DNA of 64,000 bases from contig NC_087438.1 of NCBI RefSeq assembly GCF_036321535.1, positions 8,682,001 through 8,746,000 on the forward strand. The letters are read 5' to 3'. This DNA comes from Camelus dromedarius. Taxonomy: Eukaryota. Numbering within the stretch: position 1 is the first letter of the stretch; the number at the start of each line of letters is the position of its first letter. The notes under the pieces were generated by a model. That model worked only from the letters and a program-made list of their open reading frames with translations, searched no databases and was not told the origin of the DNA. The translations under genes and the position numbers were made by a program. Positions 38,206 through 51,325 of the stretch are shown here, piece after piece.

Positions 38206-40559
38206 TAGCTATACGTATAAATCATAGTTTTACTCACAAGCAATAGTTTTGTTTTTTTGTTTTTTTGTTTTGCCCTGACACACATGAACCTGTGCTATAG
38301 GCATAACTGATACACATTCATTTGTCCTTCTTTAAAATGTTTGTTTTTTTTATCATCCCTATAAGAACTGAATAAAACCTACATAATTTGATCACTTCTA
38401 CATTCTGTTCCCTAATTAACATTTTCTAAAAGGACGTCTCTCACTAACAGGTGTTTTCTGGCTTTGTGTATTATTTTTATATAGCTGTCGGAAACATTTC
38501 ATGGTGTAGAGAGCCAATTCTGTACATTATGACTTATTAAATATCTGGTCAGTTACCACCACCACATGTTCCTTTAATATTTGTTAATATTTTAGATGTC
38601 TGTAATTTTTTAACTACTGCAGTTGGGGTTATGATGCAGATAACAGTAACACTGTGTTTTTCCTCATCTCACCCAGAATTGCTTCTCCAATCAATTGCTT
38701 CCTTCTGGAAGACGCTTCACTATATGTGTCAAATATATATGTAGTGTTTCCACCAGGATGTCAGCTTGATAACTGAAGAGCCCTTGTTTCTTGTCCATGG
38801 CTGTGTCCGTATCTCCGGCAGGAGTGAGTGCTTGTTTTCCAGGAAGAGCTGAATACAATCTAAGTGGATGTTGAATAAACAGTAGCTCACTTTTCTTTAC
38901 CTTTCATCTCAATGAACAATATGTTATTTCCAACCTTCATTTTGTGAAACATGATTTTCTACATAATATGGATAGTTAAACGCTATTGGTATATTTTAAA
39001 AATACATGTTAATGTCAACGCAATGTTTCCAGAAATTAATAAATGTAGTATTACATAATACATTTCAAATTCTATTAATATCTGTCTTGTGCACTGTCAT
39101 AGCTTTATCAACAACACAACCAAACCAGCTCTCCTTGACCACAAAAACACAGCTAACTCTAATTATCCAAGATAATGAGATACGAGAGTGGAATGAACTG
39201 AAACTCACAAGTAATTCCCTAGTCACATTTTGGTCAGTATATTAAATGTCTCTACCTCCCAACCTTTAACTAGAGCTGCTGGCAGGCAAAGAAGTGTCCC
39301 CACCTCTCCAAGCACCTCTCTCCTCCAGGAGCCGAGAAAGTACGAAACGTCTAAATGGCGAGCAGGAGAAGGAGGTGTAATGAGGGCATTGCTGATCCAC
39401 AGAAAATCCCTAAATAATTACATCTGCAATTTTGAGTGAAAAGTATTGTTGTCAAAGACTGTGTTTTCAACTGCATTGTATTTCCAGCTGTTTGCTGCAG
39501 AACTTAGCTTCTCTTACCATTTAATGTTTTCATACTCATTGTTTATTTTCTGCTCAGATTATAAGTTCTTTGGAAAAAGAATATAAAAAATATAAAAAGA
39601 CAGGGAATACGTATATACATATATATCTCCTCCTGTCTACTTTGCTATAGGATATATTTGCTAACGGAATTTAATATATGATATAATAAGGTGAATAATA
39701 AACACTAAATAGATACTAAATAAGAGATAATTATATTAACAGATAAAGCACTAAATAAACAGACACCCTCTGTTTCATAAACACAGTATGATGAACAGGA
39801 ATTGACATTTATGTCACCAAGTGATAAGATCTGCTTTGTTCATCCTGCCTTTTTCACGTGCATGAGCTGGTGTTGCAGACGCCGAGAGGAGCATCACAGG
39901 ATGCCACTGAGAGGTTCTCATGCTCAGTGGCATGTGAGTTTCAGCATGTTGGGGGGGGGGGGGCTGTTCACTGCTCTATCTGCAGCATCTGAGTGTCTGG
40001 TATGGAATACAATTAATACCTTTAATAAGGGAAAATGTCCAAGTGTATTTTAAAATATAGTACAATAAGTAAAACAATAGAATTATACGTACATTTAGAG
40101 TGGAAAACGTGACCACCGCTATCTTTAACGAGAGTAAGGAAAAGTCTCACACGACAGACAATGCAGAGCAAGATTTCAAAGGAATAATGAAGCAGACGTG
40201 AGCCAAATAATTGTGGATTCGATATTCCAGTCAATGGGGTTTCCTATAGTTGTAAAATTACAGAAACATTAAAGAGCAAAGCTTGTCCTCCTCTTATTAA
40301 TGACAAAAAGTATCTGGACATTTCTAGAATACAGGCTCAGGGTTTAAAATGATTCCATTCGGAGGGCTGCGTGAACTCAGTGCAGATTCCTCTTAATTGG
40401 GTTGTTTTGTTTTCACGCTGGAAAGTCGCAATCTTGAATGCTTCCTCTCCCACACCTTTTTCTCCCTCCTCCTAAAACTCTTTTAGTTACATTATTACAT
40501 TTACATTGTTGTGTTTGACATCTACTTTCTGTCTTACATTCATAATTCCCCAGTGATGC

Positions 40560-41545
40560 CTAATTACTATATTCAAGTAAATCTGAATTTACTGTCAGTT
40601 CTTGAAAACATATTCCTACTGACTCCTTGCTTGGGGAATACTGTCCTTAATTGTTTTTTTTTACAAAATTACTCCTGGTAACCATAGTTTCTGAGTTAAT
40701 TTCTGCCTGGAAATATTTTTCTTTTGCCAAACACTTTAAGATTTCTAGCCCTAATTTAGCAATATAGAAAATTAATAAAACACACTCCCCCCCCACTATA
40801 GTCATTGTAAATATTCCACTGTTTTGTACTGAAGTCAGTCTGATCTTTATCTTTTGCAGGTTTTAAAATTTTATTTGTTTTTTGTTTTACTGCCTTGAGA
40901 TTCATAATGACTTTTATTTTACTTTTGAAAAATCTGTTAAGTATCATAAGACAAGATAACTGTGCGTCAGTTCCATGAGGGATGTTGTAGCACCTTTCGA
41001 TCTGTAGAGGTGACTTCTTTAATTAAAAGAAAAATTTCTCTGAAATGTATCTTCTTTGGTCTCATTTATTTTGTATTCATTAGGATATCAGTTGAGCAGA
41101 TACCTCATCTTCCTTAAGCTGTGAGCTCCTTTGCACCACGCTCACCTTCCTAGCTCCTCTGACAGGTCTGTTTACAAGTGGTGCATCCGTCCTCCTTGTC
41201 AGGGCTTCCAAAGTGGCCAGGAGCTTTCTGATGGTTTCACGTTTTGGTTAGACTTCTTTCCTGAGCTCTGTCTGCTTATTTTTAAATCCCTTTGTGTTGT
41301 TTTATAATTTCCTCCTTAAGCATTTGTGTTGAGCTCCACTTACAGAGGCCATTTTTATTACATTTTTTGACTCCAAGAGGAATTGATTAATCACTCTTTT
41401 TTGCTCCATGACAAAGTGCGTTTTGTTTTTTTCCCTAATTGTGCTTGATTTTTATTTTTTCTGTTCATTATCATTTTTTTCCTTACAGCATACTTCTAGA
41501 GATCTAGTTCTGTTTCCTGTTTCATGATTTGTATCTGAATGAGAG
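40560..41545 (-). mobile_element. Highly degraded ancient L1/HAL1 ORF1-like remnant
   Basis: T-rich antisense L1-like motifs (tctgcctggaaatatttt, atattccactgttttg, gaagtcagtctgatctt). Low identity. Confidence 0.4.
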
Positions 41546-41564
41546 GAGTCCTTACTGGAACAGA

Positions 41565-42990
41565 TTTTTTTTTAAACTGAAGTTCAGTTGATTTACAATG
41601 TTATGTTAGTTTCTGCTGTACAGCATAGAGATTCAGTTATACATATATATATACTCTTTTTCATATCCTTTTTCATTATAGTTTATTACAAGATATTGAA
41701 TGTAGTTCCCTATGCTATACATTAGGACCTTGTTGTTTATCTATTTTATATGTGATAGTTTGTATCTGTTAATCCCAAACTCCTAATTTATCCCTCCCCC
41801 TTCCTATCCCTCTGGTAAACATAAGTTTGTTTTCTATGTCTGAGTCTCCTTTTGTTTTGTAAATAAGTTCATTATCATTTTTTAGATTCCACATAGAAGT
41901 GATATCATATGAGATTTGTCTTTGTCTGGCTTACTTCACTTAGTATGATGATCTCTAGGTCCATCCATGTTGCTGCAAATGGCGTTATTTCACTTTTTAT
42001 GGCAGAGTAGTATTCCATTGAATAAATACACCACAACTTCTTTATCCAGTCATCTGTGGATGGACACTTAGGGTGTTTACATGTTTTGACTATTGTAAAT
42101 GGTGCTGCTGTGAACAGTGGGGTGCAGGCATCTTTTTTGAATTAGGGCTCCCTCCAGGCACACGCCCAAGAGTGGGATTGCTGGATTATAGGGTACGTCT
42201 ACTTTTAATTTTTGAGGAACCTTCATACTGTTTTCCCCGGTGGCTGCACCAAACTACATCCTCACCCACAGCGTAGGAGGGCCCCCTTTTCTCCACAGCC
42301 TCTTCAGCATTTATCGTTTGTGGACTTTTGAATGATGGACATTCTGACTGGTGTGAGGTGGCACCTCACTGTAGTTTTGATTTGCATTTCTCTGATAATT
42401 AGTGATGTTGACCATTTTTTCATGTGCCTCTTGGCCATTTGTATGTCTTCGTTGGAGAACTGCTTGTTTACGTCTTCTGCCCATTTTTGGACTGGGTTTT
42501 TTGCTTTTTTGTTATTAAGCTACATGAGCTGTTTGTATATCCTGACAAAGGCAATTAAGTCCTTGTCAGTCGCATCATTTGCAATTATTTTCTCCCATTC
42601 CATAGGTTGTCTTTTTGTTTTGTATATGGTTTCATTTGCTGTGCAGAAGCTTATAAGTTTAATTAGGTCCAATTTGTTTATTTTTGCTTTTATTTCTATT
42701 GCCTGGGTAGACTGCCTGAGGAGAACATTGCTAAGATTTATGTCAGAAAATATTTTGCCTATGATTTCTTCTCAGAGGTTTATAGTGACTTATGTTTAAG
42801 TCTTTAAGCCATTGTGAGTTTATTTTTGTGTAAGGTGTGAGGGAGTGTTCTCACTTTACATGTGGCTGTCCCAACTTTCTGAACAGAGCTTTCTGAAGAT
42901 ACTGTCTTTTCTCCATTGCATATTCTTGCCTCCTTTGTTGGAGGTTAGTTGACTGTAGGTGTGCAGGTTTATTTATGGGTTCTCTGTTCT
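41565..42990 (-). mobile_element. 5'-truncated artiodactyl/camelid-type L1 (ORF2 3' part plus 3'UTR plus T-tract)
   Basis: Antisense ORF 42332..42799 is a typical L1 ORF2 shadow frame ([20 protein letters not shown]). The minus frame includes QNREPINKP. T-tract at 41565-41573. Confidence 0.92.
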
Positions 42991-44494
42991 GTGGGACATA
43001 CATGTAAATAATAATAATGTACAGAAATGCCTTCAGGAAGATTCCAAGCCTTTCATTAAAACCCATTGTGACTCTATGTGTGTATATGTGTGTATGTGTA
43101 TATGTGTTTATGTGTAAGGGAGGGAGATCAGAGAGGCAGAGTTGTCTGTGGAGCTTATTCATGTTACCCCAAAGACTAATGCTTGGCACATAAGACACAG
43201 TTGAATAAGCATGTACTGAGTGCAAAAGGGAGATGAGTTATCTTTGATAAATCTCAGCTGACCAAGATTAGAAGTGCAATGCTATGCACCACCACCAGGG
43301 GGCCTTCTTGCTCTGTGTCTAGCATAGTGGGTTGCCTAGAGATTTCTGTCCTCTTAGCTACCTCCCTAAACATGCCATACCATCCAACTGGGTTCTGGGT
43401 AGCTCCCCTGGCATTCTCTGTATCTGCAACCTGTTTCAAACAAAAGGTCTTTACTTTTGTCATTCAGATGGGGCCACCTATTGGAGAGCTCTTTTCTTTG
43501 AGATTCTATAGGATTCCTCAAGCCAGAGGTCCTCCCTTCGGTCCTCTATCTCTCACCCATAACTTTAGTGACCTTGTCAGTCCTTCTACATAGATACTGT
43601 AAATTTGGTTATAAATGTCCCTCTTTCTCATTCCCTCAAAGTTTTCATTGTCTGCAGACAGGAGAAGGTGCAAAGATATATGCCTTTATCATCTCAGAGT
43701 TATAATGCCTCCTCTCCTCTACATTGTTGTTGGCATGCATCTTTGTCATCTGAAATGGCTTGAGGTCACATGGTTGTACACCCCAGTTTTACTGGGATTA
43801 GAAAGATAAATGTTATCGTATAAACTGAGGAAAGAGGAGTGTCTTCATTAAATAAATGACTTTATCTAAATATTTTCTGCAAGAATAAATTAAAATTAAC
43901 CCCCAACAAACAATATTGTAAATACTGCCCCACAATTTCTTACCTTACGTCTCGTCTAAGTACATCTGTATAGCTGTCAAGTAAATTACACTGGTGACTT
44001 CCTCCTGGAGCTACAGTGAACAAAATAAAAACTTAAGTGAGATCATTAATGAGATTTTTCTGGTGCCAGGTCTCTTGATAGGTAACACTTGCTTGAAAGT
44101 TTTCTATACCCAATGCGCTGAGTAGTGGTGTCAGGTGTGAAGCCTTAGAGATTTCAGTCATTTGTTCCGTTGGTATGAGCTGACTTGAGGAAGGTAGAGG
44201 ACCATCCAATTATCTAAAAATCATGGTTACTGTTGTTAAATATTGGAGAAATAATGTCAACCTTATTAACTCTACTTTGTGACATTTAATAAATGAGGGA
44301 TTGTCCCTAATCAACCACACTGATGATCTTCATGCCACACCTTTGAAAGAGAACATGATTTTTATACTATATTCTAAATTCTGTCAAAGCATATTAAACA
44401 TTTTTGAGAAATCACTGTTTTTATGGGAGTATTTTTGAGAAAATGTTCAGCAGAAACAAAAAGCCTGATTTTGGAGAGTTATTCATAATAGTTG

Positions 44495-46560
44495 GAGGTT
44501 AAATATTTTCTGAGGGCAACAGAAAGTTAATGGAGAGTTTAAAGCAGGTCTCTTCAATAACAGATGGGCGTCTTAGAAATGGTTTGGGGTGAAAACAGTT
44601 TGCAGGATGGACTGGAGTAGAGTGAAGTGATGGTGAAAATGAAGGAAAGAGTTACTGCAGTCACTTTAATAAAACCACACGGTGGTCCTGAGCTAAGGAG
44701 GGGCAATAATGATGACAAAGAGAATAGATACAAGGTGATTAGGTATGAAGGAAAATCCAGAGATTTTGGTGGTGAATAGGGGAGGTTGGGAAGGTGAAGA
44801 CTTTAGAATGACTTACAAGTTTTGGGCTTTGGTTACTGAAACCATGGCAGTACCACCAACAGTAGTAATTTTATGGGTAAAGGATAGTGGACTCAGATTT
44901 AAGCTGGTTACGTTTGTGTTGCTTTCCCACTGACAAGGTAGGAGGGTCCCCTTTTCTCCATACCCTCTCCAGCATTTATTATCTGTAGACTTTTTGATAT
45001 GGCCATTCTGACTAATGTGAGGTGACACCTCATTGTAGTTTTTGATTTGCATTTCTCTAATAATAAACAATATTGAGCATCTTTTCATGTGCCTGTTGGC
45101 CATCTCAATGTCTTCTTTAGAGAGATGTCTATTTAGGTCTTCTGCCCATTTTTTGATTTTTTTTTTTATATTGAGCTGTATAAGCTCTTTGTATATTTTA
45201 GAAATTAATCCATTGTCAGCTGCATAGTTTGCAAATATTTTCTCCCAGTCTGTAGGTTGTCTTTTTGTTTTGTTTATGGTTTCTTTGCTGTACAATAGTT
45301 TATAAGCTTAATTAGGTTCCATTTGTTTTTGCTTTTGTTTCTATTAGCCTAGGAGACAGATCAAAAAAAATATTGCTACAATTTATGTCCGAGTGTTCTG
45401 CCTATGTTTTCCTCTGGGAGTTTTATCATATCAGGTCTTATGTTTAGGTCTTTAAGCCATTTTGAGTTTATTTTTGTATATGGTGTTGGAGAGTGTTCTA
45501 ATTTCAGTCTTTTACAGGTAGCTGTCCAGTTTTCCCAGCACCACTTATTGAAGAGACTATCTTTTCTCCAGTGTATGTTCTTGTCTCCTTTGTTGTAGAT
45601 TAACTGACCATAAGTGTGTGGGTTTATTTCTGGGCTTTCTATCCTGTTCCATTGATCTGTGTGTCTATAAACTGGTGCAGCCACTGTAGTGAAGAGTATG
45701 AAGAGTCCTTAAAAAACTAACACTAGAGTTACCATAGGATGCAGCAACCCCACTCATGGGCATCCATCCAGAAAAGATGAAAACTCTAAACCAAAAAGAT
45801 ACCTGCACCCCAATGTTCATAGCAGCACTTTTTACAATAGTTGAGACATGGAAGGAATCTAAATGTCCATTGACAGATGAATGGATAAAGAATATATATA
45901 ATGGAATACTACTGGAATGTATATAATGGAATCAGCCATAAAAAAGAATGAAATAATGACATTTATAGCAACATGGATGGACCTAGCGGTTATCATGCTA
46001 AGCGAAGTAAGTCAGATAAAAACAAATATCATATGATATCATTTACATGTGGAATAAAAAAATGATACAAAGGAACTTATTTACAAAACAGAGACTCACA
46101 GACATAGAAAACAAATTTATGATTACCAAAGGGGAAAGAGGGGAGGAATAAATTAAGGATTTGGGATTAACAGATACACACTACTGTATATAAAATAGAT
46201 AAACAACAAGGACCTACTATATAGCACAGGGATATATATTCGGTAGCTTGTAATAACCTACAATGAAAGAGAATCTGAAAAAGAATATATGTATAAAGCT
46301 GAATCACTTTGCTATGCACCCGAAACACTGTAAATCAACTTCAATTAAAAAGTAAAAACTTTGTGTTGCTCGTGGAACATTAACATGGAACTCGGCAACA
46401 ACCAGGCACGGATGTGGACCTGGGGATCTTGGGAAACGTCAGGGGTGACTTGGAGATGGAGAATCAGGGGTTCAGTTAAAATCCAGGGAGCCTGCAGCAG
46501 GAAAACAGACGGCTCTAATGATGGAACTGAAGGAAGCCTGAATATCTTGGAGGGAAAAAG
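44495..46560 (-). mobile_element. L2 element (about 44495-44923 and 46360-46560), interrupted by the inverted L1
   Basis: gagagtttaaagcagg...gttactgcagtc...agaatgacttacaagttttgggc...gtttgtgttgct continues after the L1 as cgtggaacatt...ggatgtggacctgggga. Confidence 0.65.
44924..46359 (+). mobile_element. Twin-primed (5'-inverted) L1: minus-strand ORF2 at 44924-~45667, plus-strand ORF2 end and 3'UTR at ~45668-46359; 11-bp TSD
   Basis: Minus ORFs are L1 ORF2p ([20 protein letters not shown]..., [27 protein letters not shown]...). The plus part starts TAAACTGGTGCAGCCACT. TTTGTGTTGCT occurs at 44913-44923 and 46360-46370. Confidence 0.93.
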
Positions 46561-47754
46561 ATCTTATTTGATATTATTATTTGCTAAAGTAAAATTAAAC
46601 AAAATGTCCTATTCATTAAAATCTGCCCTCATGTAGTTTAGGAAAGATTTGCTTTATACATATTAACAAATGTAATGAATTTTCAGAGGATGATATGACA
46701 TTTGGGCAGAGTCTGTCTGGGAAACACTGGGAAAGAGAAAATTGTTTCTGGTGGAGGGAAAAGTGGCAATAAATCAATACAGGCATGAAGTTACAGGGAG
46801 TTGTCCTAGCATAATTCGTATTTTGATTGATTGGAGGTTTGCTAGAAAACATAAAAAGGAAAGGAAGATAAAGATGGAAAAACACTTTTGGACAAACCAA
46901 TGGAATTTGAACCTATGCTATTTAGACACTAATTGAACAATATTTTTTGCTATATATTATATTTTCAGAAAATTGTAAAACTTGTCATGGTAATTAATTT
47001 AACCATCGCCTCGCATGTAGGAGCAGAAAAACCCTTTTAGCACGGTATTCATTTCCATGTCAATACCACTATTTAAAAGTCTTGGAAGTGAATAATAATC
47101 TAAATTCACTTGCATAGAAATCTCATTTGGACCAATATCATCATGTTTATACTCAAAGGAGAGTTAAGAATTCTTTTTCCCGAGAGATCGATTGGTTTAG
47201 CATGGAAGATGATAGTCTCGAGATCATGTAAACATCTCAAAAGCAATTTAGGAGAGTGAAGACACTGATGTTTCACAACATGGAATAACATGCGGCTTGG
47301 ATAGTGGCGGAGTATTCAACATTGAAATGCATCACTTTTAGTAATTTCTTACATTGTGTTTTAAAAATGCAATCCTATGTGAGCATATTTTAATAAATTG
47401 CTTGCATACTGATGGGAAGAGAAATCAGAATTCAAAAGGTGTCACATTTCCATTCTTCAAGCGCTAAATGGAGAGGCTTGATAGCCTAAGGTTTTGACTC
47501 GAAAGTCTCTTTTTATCTATTTGTTATCACTGTAGTCCTAAAACTAGGCCATCTAAAAAAGTGTGTCATTTTAGCCCCAAATTTTAGACAGGCAGTCTAT
47601 TTATTTGTACTTTAAATCTTACATGATCTGGAACAAAGCCTAAGGCACAACACTTCTGGGAATACATGCATTTGAACTAAATGAGTGAAATGTATTAAAT
47701 GGACACTGACATGCAATTTGAGTAGCATTAACATTTAATTTAATGTAATTTTTC

Positions 47755-48100
47755 CTATTTCTTATTTAGGCATAATTGACGTACAGCATTTTATTAGTTT
47801 CAGGCAGGCCGCCTAATGATTTGACATGTGCTTACATTGCGATTGATCACCACGACGAGTCTAATTACCACTTGTCAGCACGCAAAGTTACACTTTTTTT
47901 TTCTTGTGATGGGGACTTTTAAGATTTACTTTCTTAGCAACTTCCAAATCTGCCAACAGTGTCGTTGACTACTGTCTCCATGCTGTACTTACAACTGCAA
48001 GTTTTACCTCTCAATCCCGTTCAACCATTTTGCCCACTCCCAACCCCCCTCCCCTCTGGCAACCACCAGTTTGTTCTCTGTATGTGTGATGTTTGTGTTT
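47755..48100 (-). mobile_element. L1MA9-like 3' terminus
   Basis: ggcataattgacgtacagcattttattagtttcagg...ttttaagatttactttcttagcaacttccaaat...ccctctggcaaccaccagtttgttctctgtat. Confidence 0.8.
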
Positions 48101-48249
48101 GTGCAGTCTAACTGTAATAATTCTACCTAATAAAACTGGAAAAGGAGAAAAAAATTTATTCTAAAATTAGTTAGAAATCATCAAGGATGTAGGTATGTGG
48201 GGGATGTGCAGTTGTTAATTCAAATTTCAAGGCTCATTGGAAGCTGTAA

Positions 48250-49370
48250 TGACTGAAATACAGTGGATTCAAAAAAGACATAGACAAATATATCAGTCAA
48301 ATATAAATGAGAAAGCAATCCATGGATATATGTGAACTTCACATATGACAGACGTTAGTTTTACAAAACAGTGGTTAAAAAAAATCCCCTATTCAACAAC
48401 TGGTATTGGAACAAATTGCTTCGTACATGGGAAAAAGTGAACTAGATTTCTACTTTACCCATGTACCCACAAAAAAAGTCCAAACTGAAACAATAGCTAA
48501 CGTTTAAAATATTATTAAAATACAAGAAAATATAGGAAGATATGTGTTTTATCTCAAGGTTGAAAAAGACTTCCTAAAGGCAGAATACAAAGTGTAAACT
48601 TTAAAGGAAAAGTTTGCTATATTTGAGTTAAACCAAATAGAACTTCGGTGTGTGCCACTGATTATAAAGATTATTTGTAATGACAATACCAAAAAATGAC
48701 CATTAATATGCAGAAGGCTACAGATATTCAAATGCTACCTTGTTAATACGGGGAAAGACTGCACAGTAGTCACCATAAATGAATATGTGTAGTTGACACT
48801 TGAACAACATGGCAGGGGGTTTATGGGTGACAACCCTTTGTGTAGCTCAAAATCTTCACATAATTTATAGTCTGCCCTCTGAATCCATTATTTGGCATCC
48901 ATGGATTCAGCCAACCACAAAGTCTGTAGTATTATGGTATTTCCTATTGAAAAAAAACTACATGTAAGTGGACCTACACGATTCAAACCTGTGCTGCTCA
49001 AGGGTCAACTCTAATCTGGAGTAAACTGCAGAAATATATTTAGTAAAAACAGATAAGTTGCAGAATGATGTGAATAGACAGGTAGCATTTATACTGTGTA
49101 CAAACAAAAACAATGATAAAATTGTTGACCTTTAAATTTCTAGATGTGAGAATAGGAACTTGGACTGGGAAGTTTGCGTCTGCAAAGTGGGAAGCAAAAT
49201 GAAACTGGTGAGTGGGGATTAAATGACTTCATCTATGATGCTTCATATTAAACACTTAAAGGAAGATAAAGTAAAAAATGTGAACAAACAGAAATCGGGG
49301 ATCGTTGGCAAGTGGAATGTTTATACTGTTTTTGTGTTTTGTAGTATTTTTCTCTGTTTTCTCAAAACAA
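48250..49370 (+). mobile_element. Old degraded L1 (L1ME-like), interrupted by the Tigger MITE
   Basis: agacatagacaaata, ctattcaacaactggtattggaacaaattg, gaaaatataggaagata, aagttgcagaatgatgtg. Confidence 0.6.
48790..49011. mobile_element. Tigger2a-type (TcMar-Tigger) MITE, about 220 bp
   Basis: Terminal inverted repeats tagttgacacttgaacaacatgg ... cctgtgctgctcaagggtcaactc. TA on the right flank and TG on the left. Internal gcatccatggattcagccaaccac and taagtggacctacacgattcaaacc. Confidence 0.88.
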
Positions 49371-51214
49371 AACCTCATACGATTGCTAGAAACAACGGTT
49401 GAATAAAAGAAGTGTTGTGATTCCTAGGGCAGGAAAGCTCTGTGCCCTCTTCTCAAGAATAAGACATTTTCAGCAGCAACAAGCATGCTCAAAGAAACCC
49501 TCATAGATCAGATACAAACAGTGCCAAAACTGATGGATTAGAAACAGAAAAATGCACCTGCCACACACGTAGCATGCTGCTTCTCAAGTTGTTCGTTCGG
49601 TTTTCCAGGATTTTGGTAGAATGGGAAGAATCCAAATTGACTAAAATTGTCTCTTCCACCCTATAAAGGTCAAAACAGAACTTACTTCCATTTCAGAAAA
49701 TCATGAAATAACATTTTTGTGGAGGTGTTTAAACTGTTACTTATTTCAAATGCAACATATATCCTTTTCTTGCCAACTTTTATTACTAGTTGGGTAGCTA
49801 CAGCTTGGTTAATTTATCTCATCCTTAGACAATCAGAATATTAATGACCATAACTGAAATTGTATGTGTGTATTTATACAGGTAGGATATCATAGGTAAA
49901 TCATGCACGTAGGACAGTTTGCGTCTTCTCATTCTGAAGATGGAATGTATGTAGAAAACACTTTCTCCTTGTTCAGTCTACAATCTGATGCTGCGCTGAC
50001 GTGGTTATAGCTCCTAAGCATAGCCAATGTTTAATTGTGTGAGCTACAATTTTCGTCTTTCAAGGTCATGCTTATAATAGAAATACTAATTGATAGTTAG
50101 CACTTACAGGCTTTCTATCTTCTAAGTGCTTTACCAACAATTAATTTAGTGCTCTCAAGAACCATGGGGACCCTAATTTCTGTAGGATACAAGGATGGTT
50201 ACATTAGGCTCTTTGGGAAGAAATTCGATCAGTATATGTCTTCACATACATTTGCAATATTCATCAACATAATTAGGGGAAATAAAAGGGAAAAACACAT
50301 ATAATTCAGCTTATCTTCATTGTGAAGTTGTTGATTTCTAGAAAAAAATATGCCCTACTTTTCATTTCCTAAATTAAAATGCAACAAATTCAACTTTAAT
50401 TAAGTGTGGAATTTAATTGCTTGTTGTGATTCATTGAAGGAAAGCTGTAAGTAGGCTATAAGTCAACTTACATCACTGTAGGAGTTCATAATTATTTCTG
50501 ATATGTACATTTTATTTCAAGCGTTTTCCATATTTTATTTGTTGAGCTGTTACATACATTTTATTTCAAGACTATTCCATACTTTATTTCTTTTAAAGTA
50601 CAACTTTTATATTATGACCATTTTTTGGGTAATGGTTGTTTTGAGCACTGAGGCCACTGTGGTACTTTTGCTATGATGTTAATATCACATTATTTTATTG
50701 TAACCTAGAACTTTCTGGTTATTTGCAGTCAATTAAAACTAAACATTTAATAATACAGATGTGGGCAAAAAATGACTCTGCAAACTTTCTCTCCAAATTA
50801 ATGTCATGCCTACAAAATTTGAATAAGTTGGTGTGCTTGGGGGAAATTTAATTATGAAAAACTATCTATTATTTTTTTAACTTTTAAGTAATCTGAAAGA
50901 GTCCTCATTTTTAACTTTGATTTTATATTTCTGCTTTATCAGTAATAATAGAGCCACATTTCATACAGTAAATGCACAGAAATGATTCACCTGAGCATTT
51001 TAATTGGATTCACCTCCAAAAATAACTTGGCATATGGATAATATGAGAATATGAGAAACATACCTCTCTCCTTAATCAGTAGAGAGAGTTGTCTACCATT
51101 TTTAGAGTAAAAAGCCTTTCTTCTTTGGGGATTTGGCTGCCTAAAGTCAATAAAGTTGCCATCATTTCTAGAAAGAGTCAGACGAAGGTTCCAATTTAGT
51201 TAATGTCATAAGGA

Positions 51215-51325
51215 GCCTCTTTTTCTCTCCCCTCCTTCCCTCCCTCTGTCCCTCCCTCCTTTCCTTCCATCCTTCCCACCTCCCCTCTTCCTTCTGCTCC
51301 TTTCTCTTTTCCTCTGCCCCTTTTC
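51215..51325 (+). repeat. CT-rich (polypyrimidine) low-complexity tract
   Basis: Direct read. It explains the Arg/Gly-rich ORF 51206..51409. Confidence 0.85.

Noticed and set aside
42332..42799. 155-aa hydrophobic plus-strand ORF
   Set aside because: It is the antisense shadow frame of L1 ORF2, a common source of false gene calls.
44813..45684. 160-aa and 102-aa ORF2p-like ORFs as a functional retroelement gene
   Set aside because: They are frameshifted, truncated and inverted fragments without EN or RT domains.
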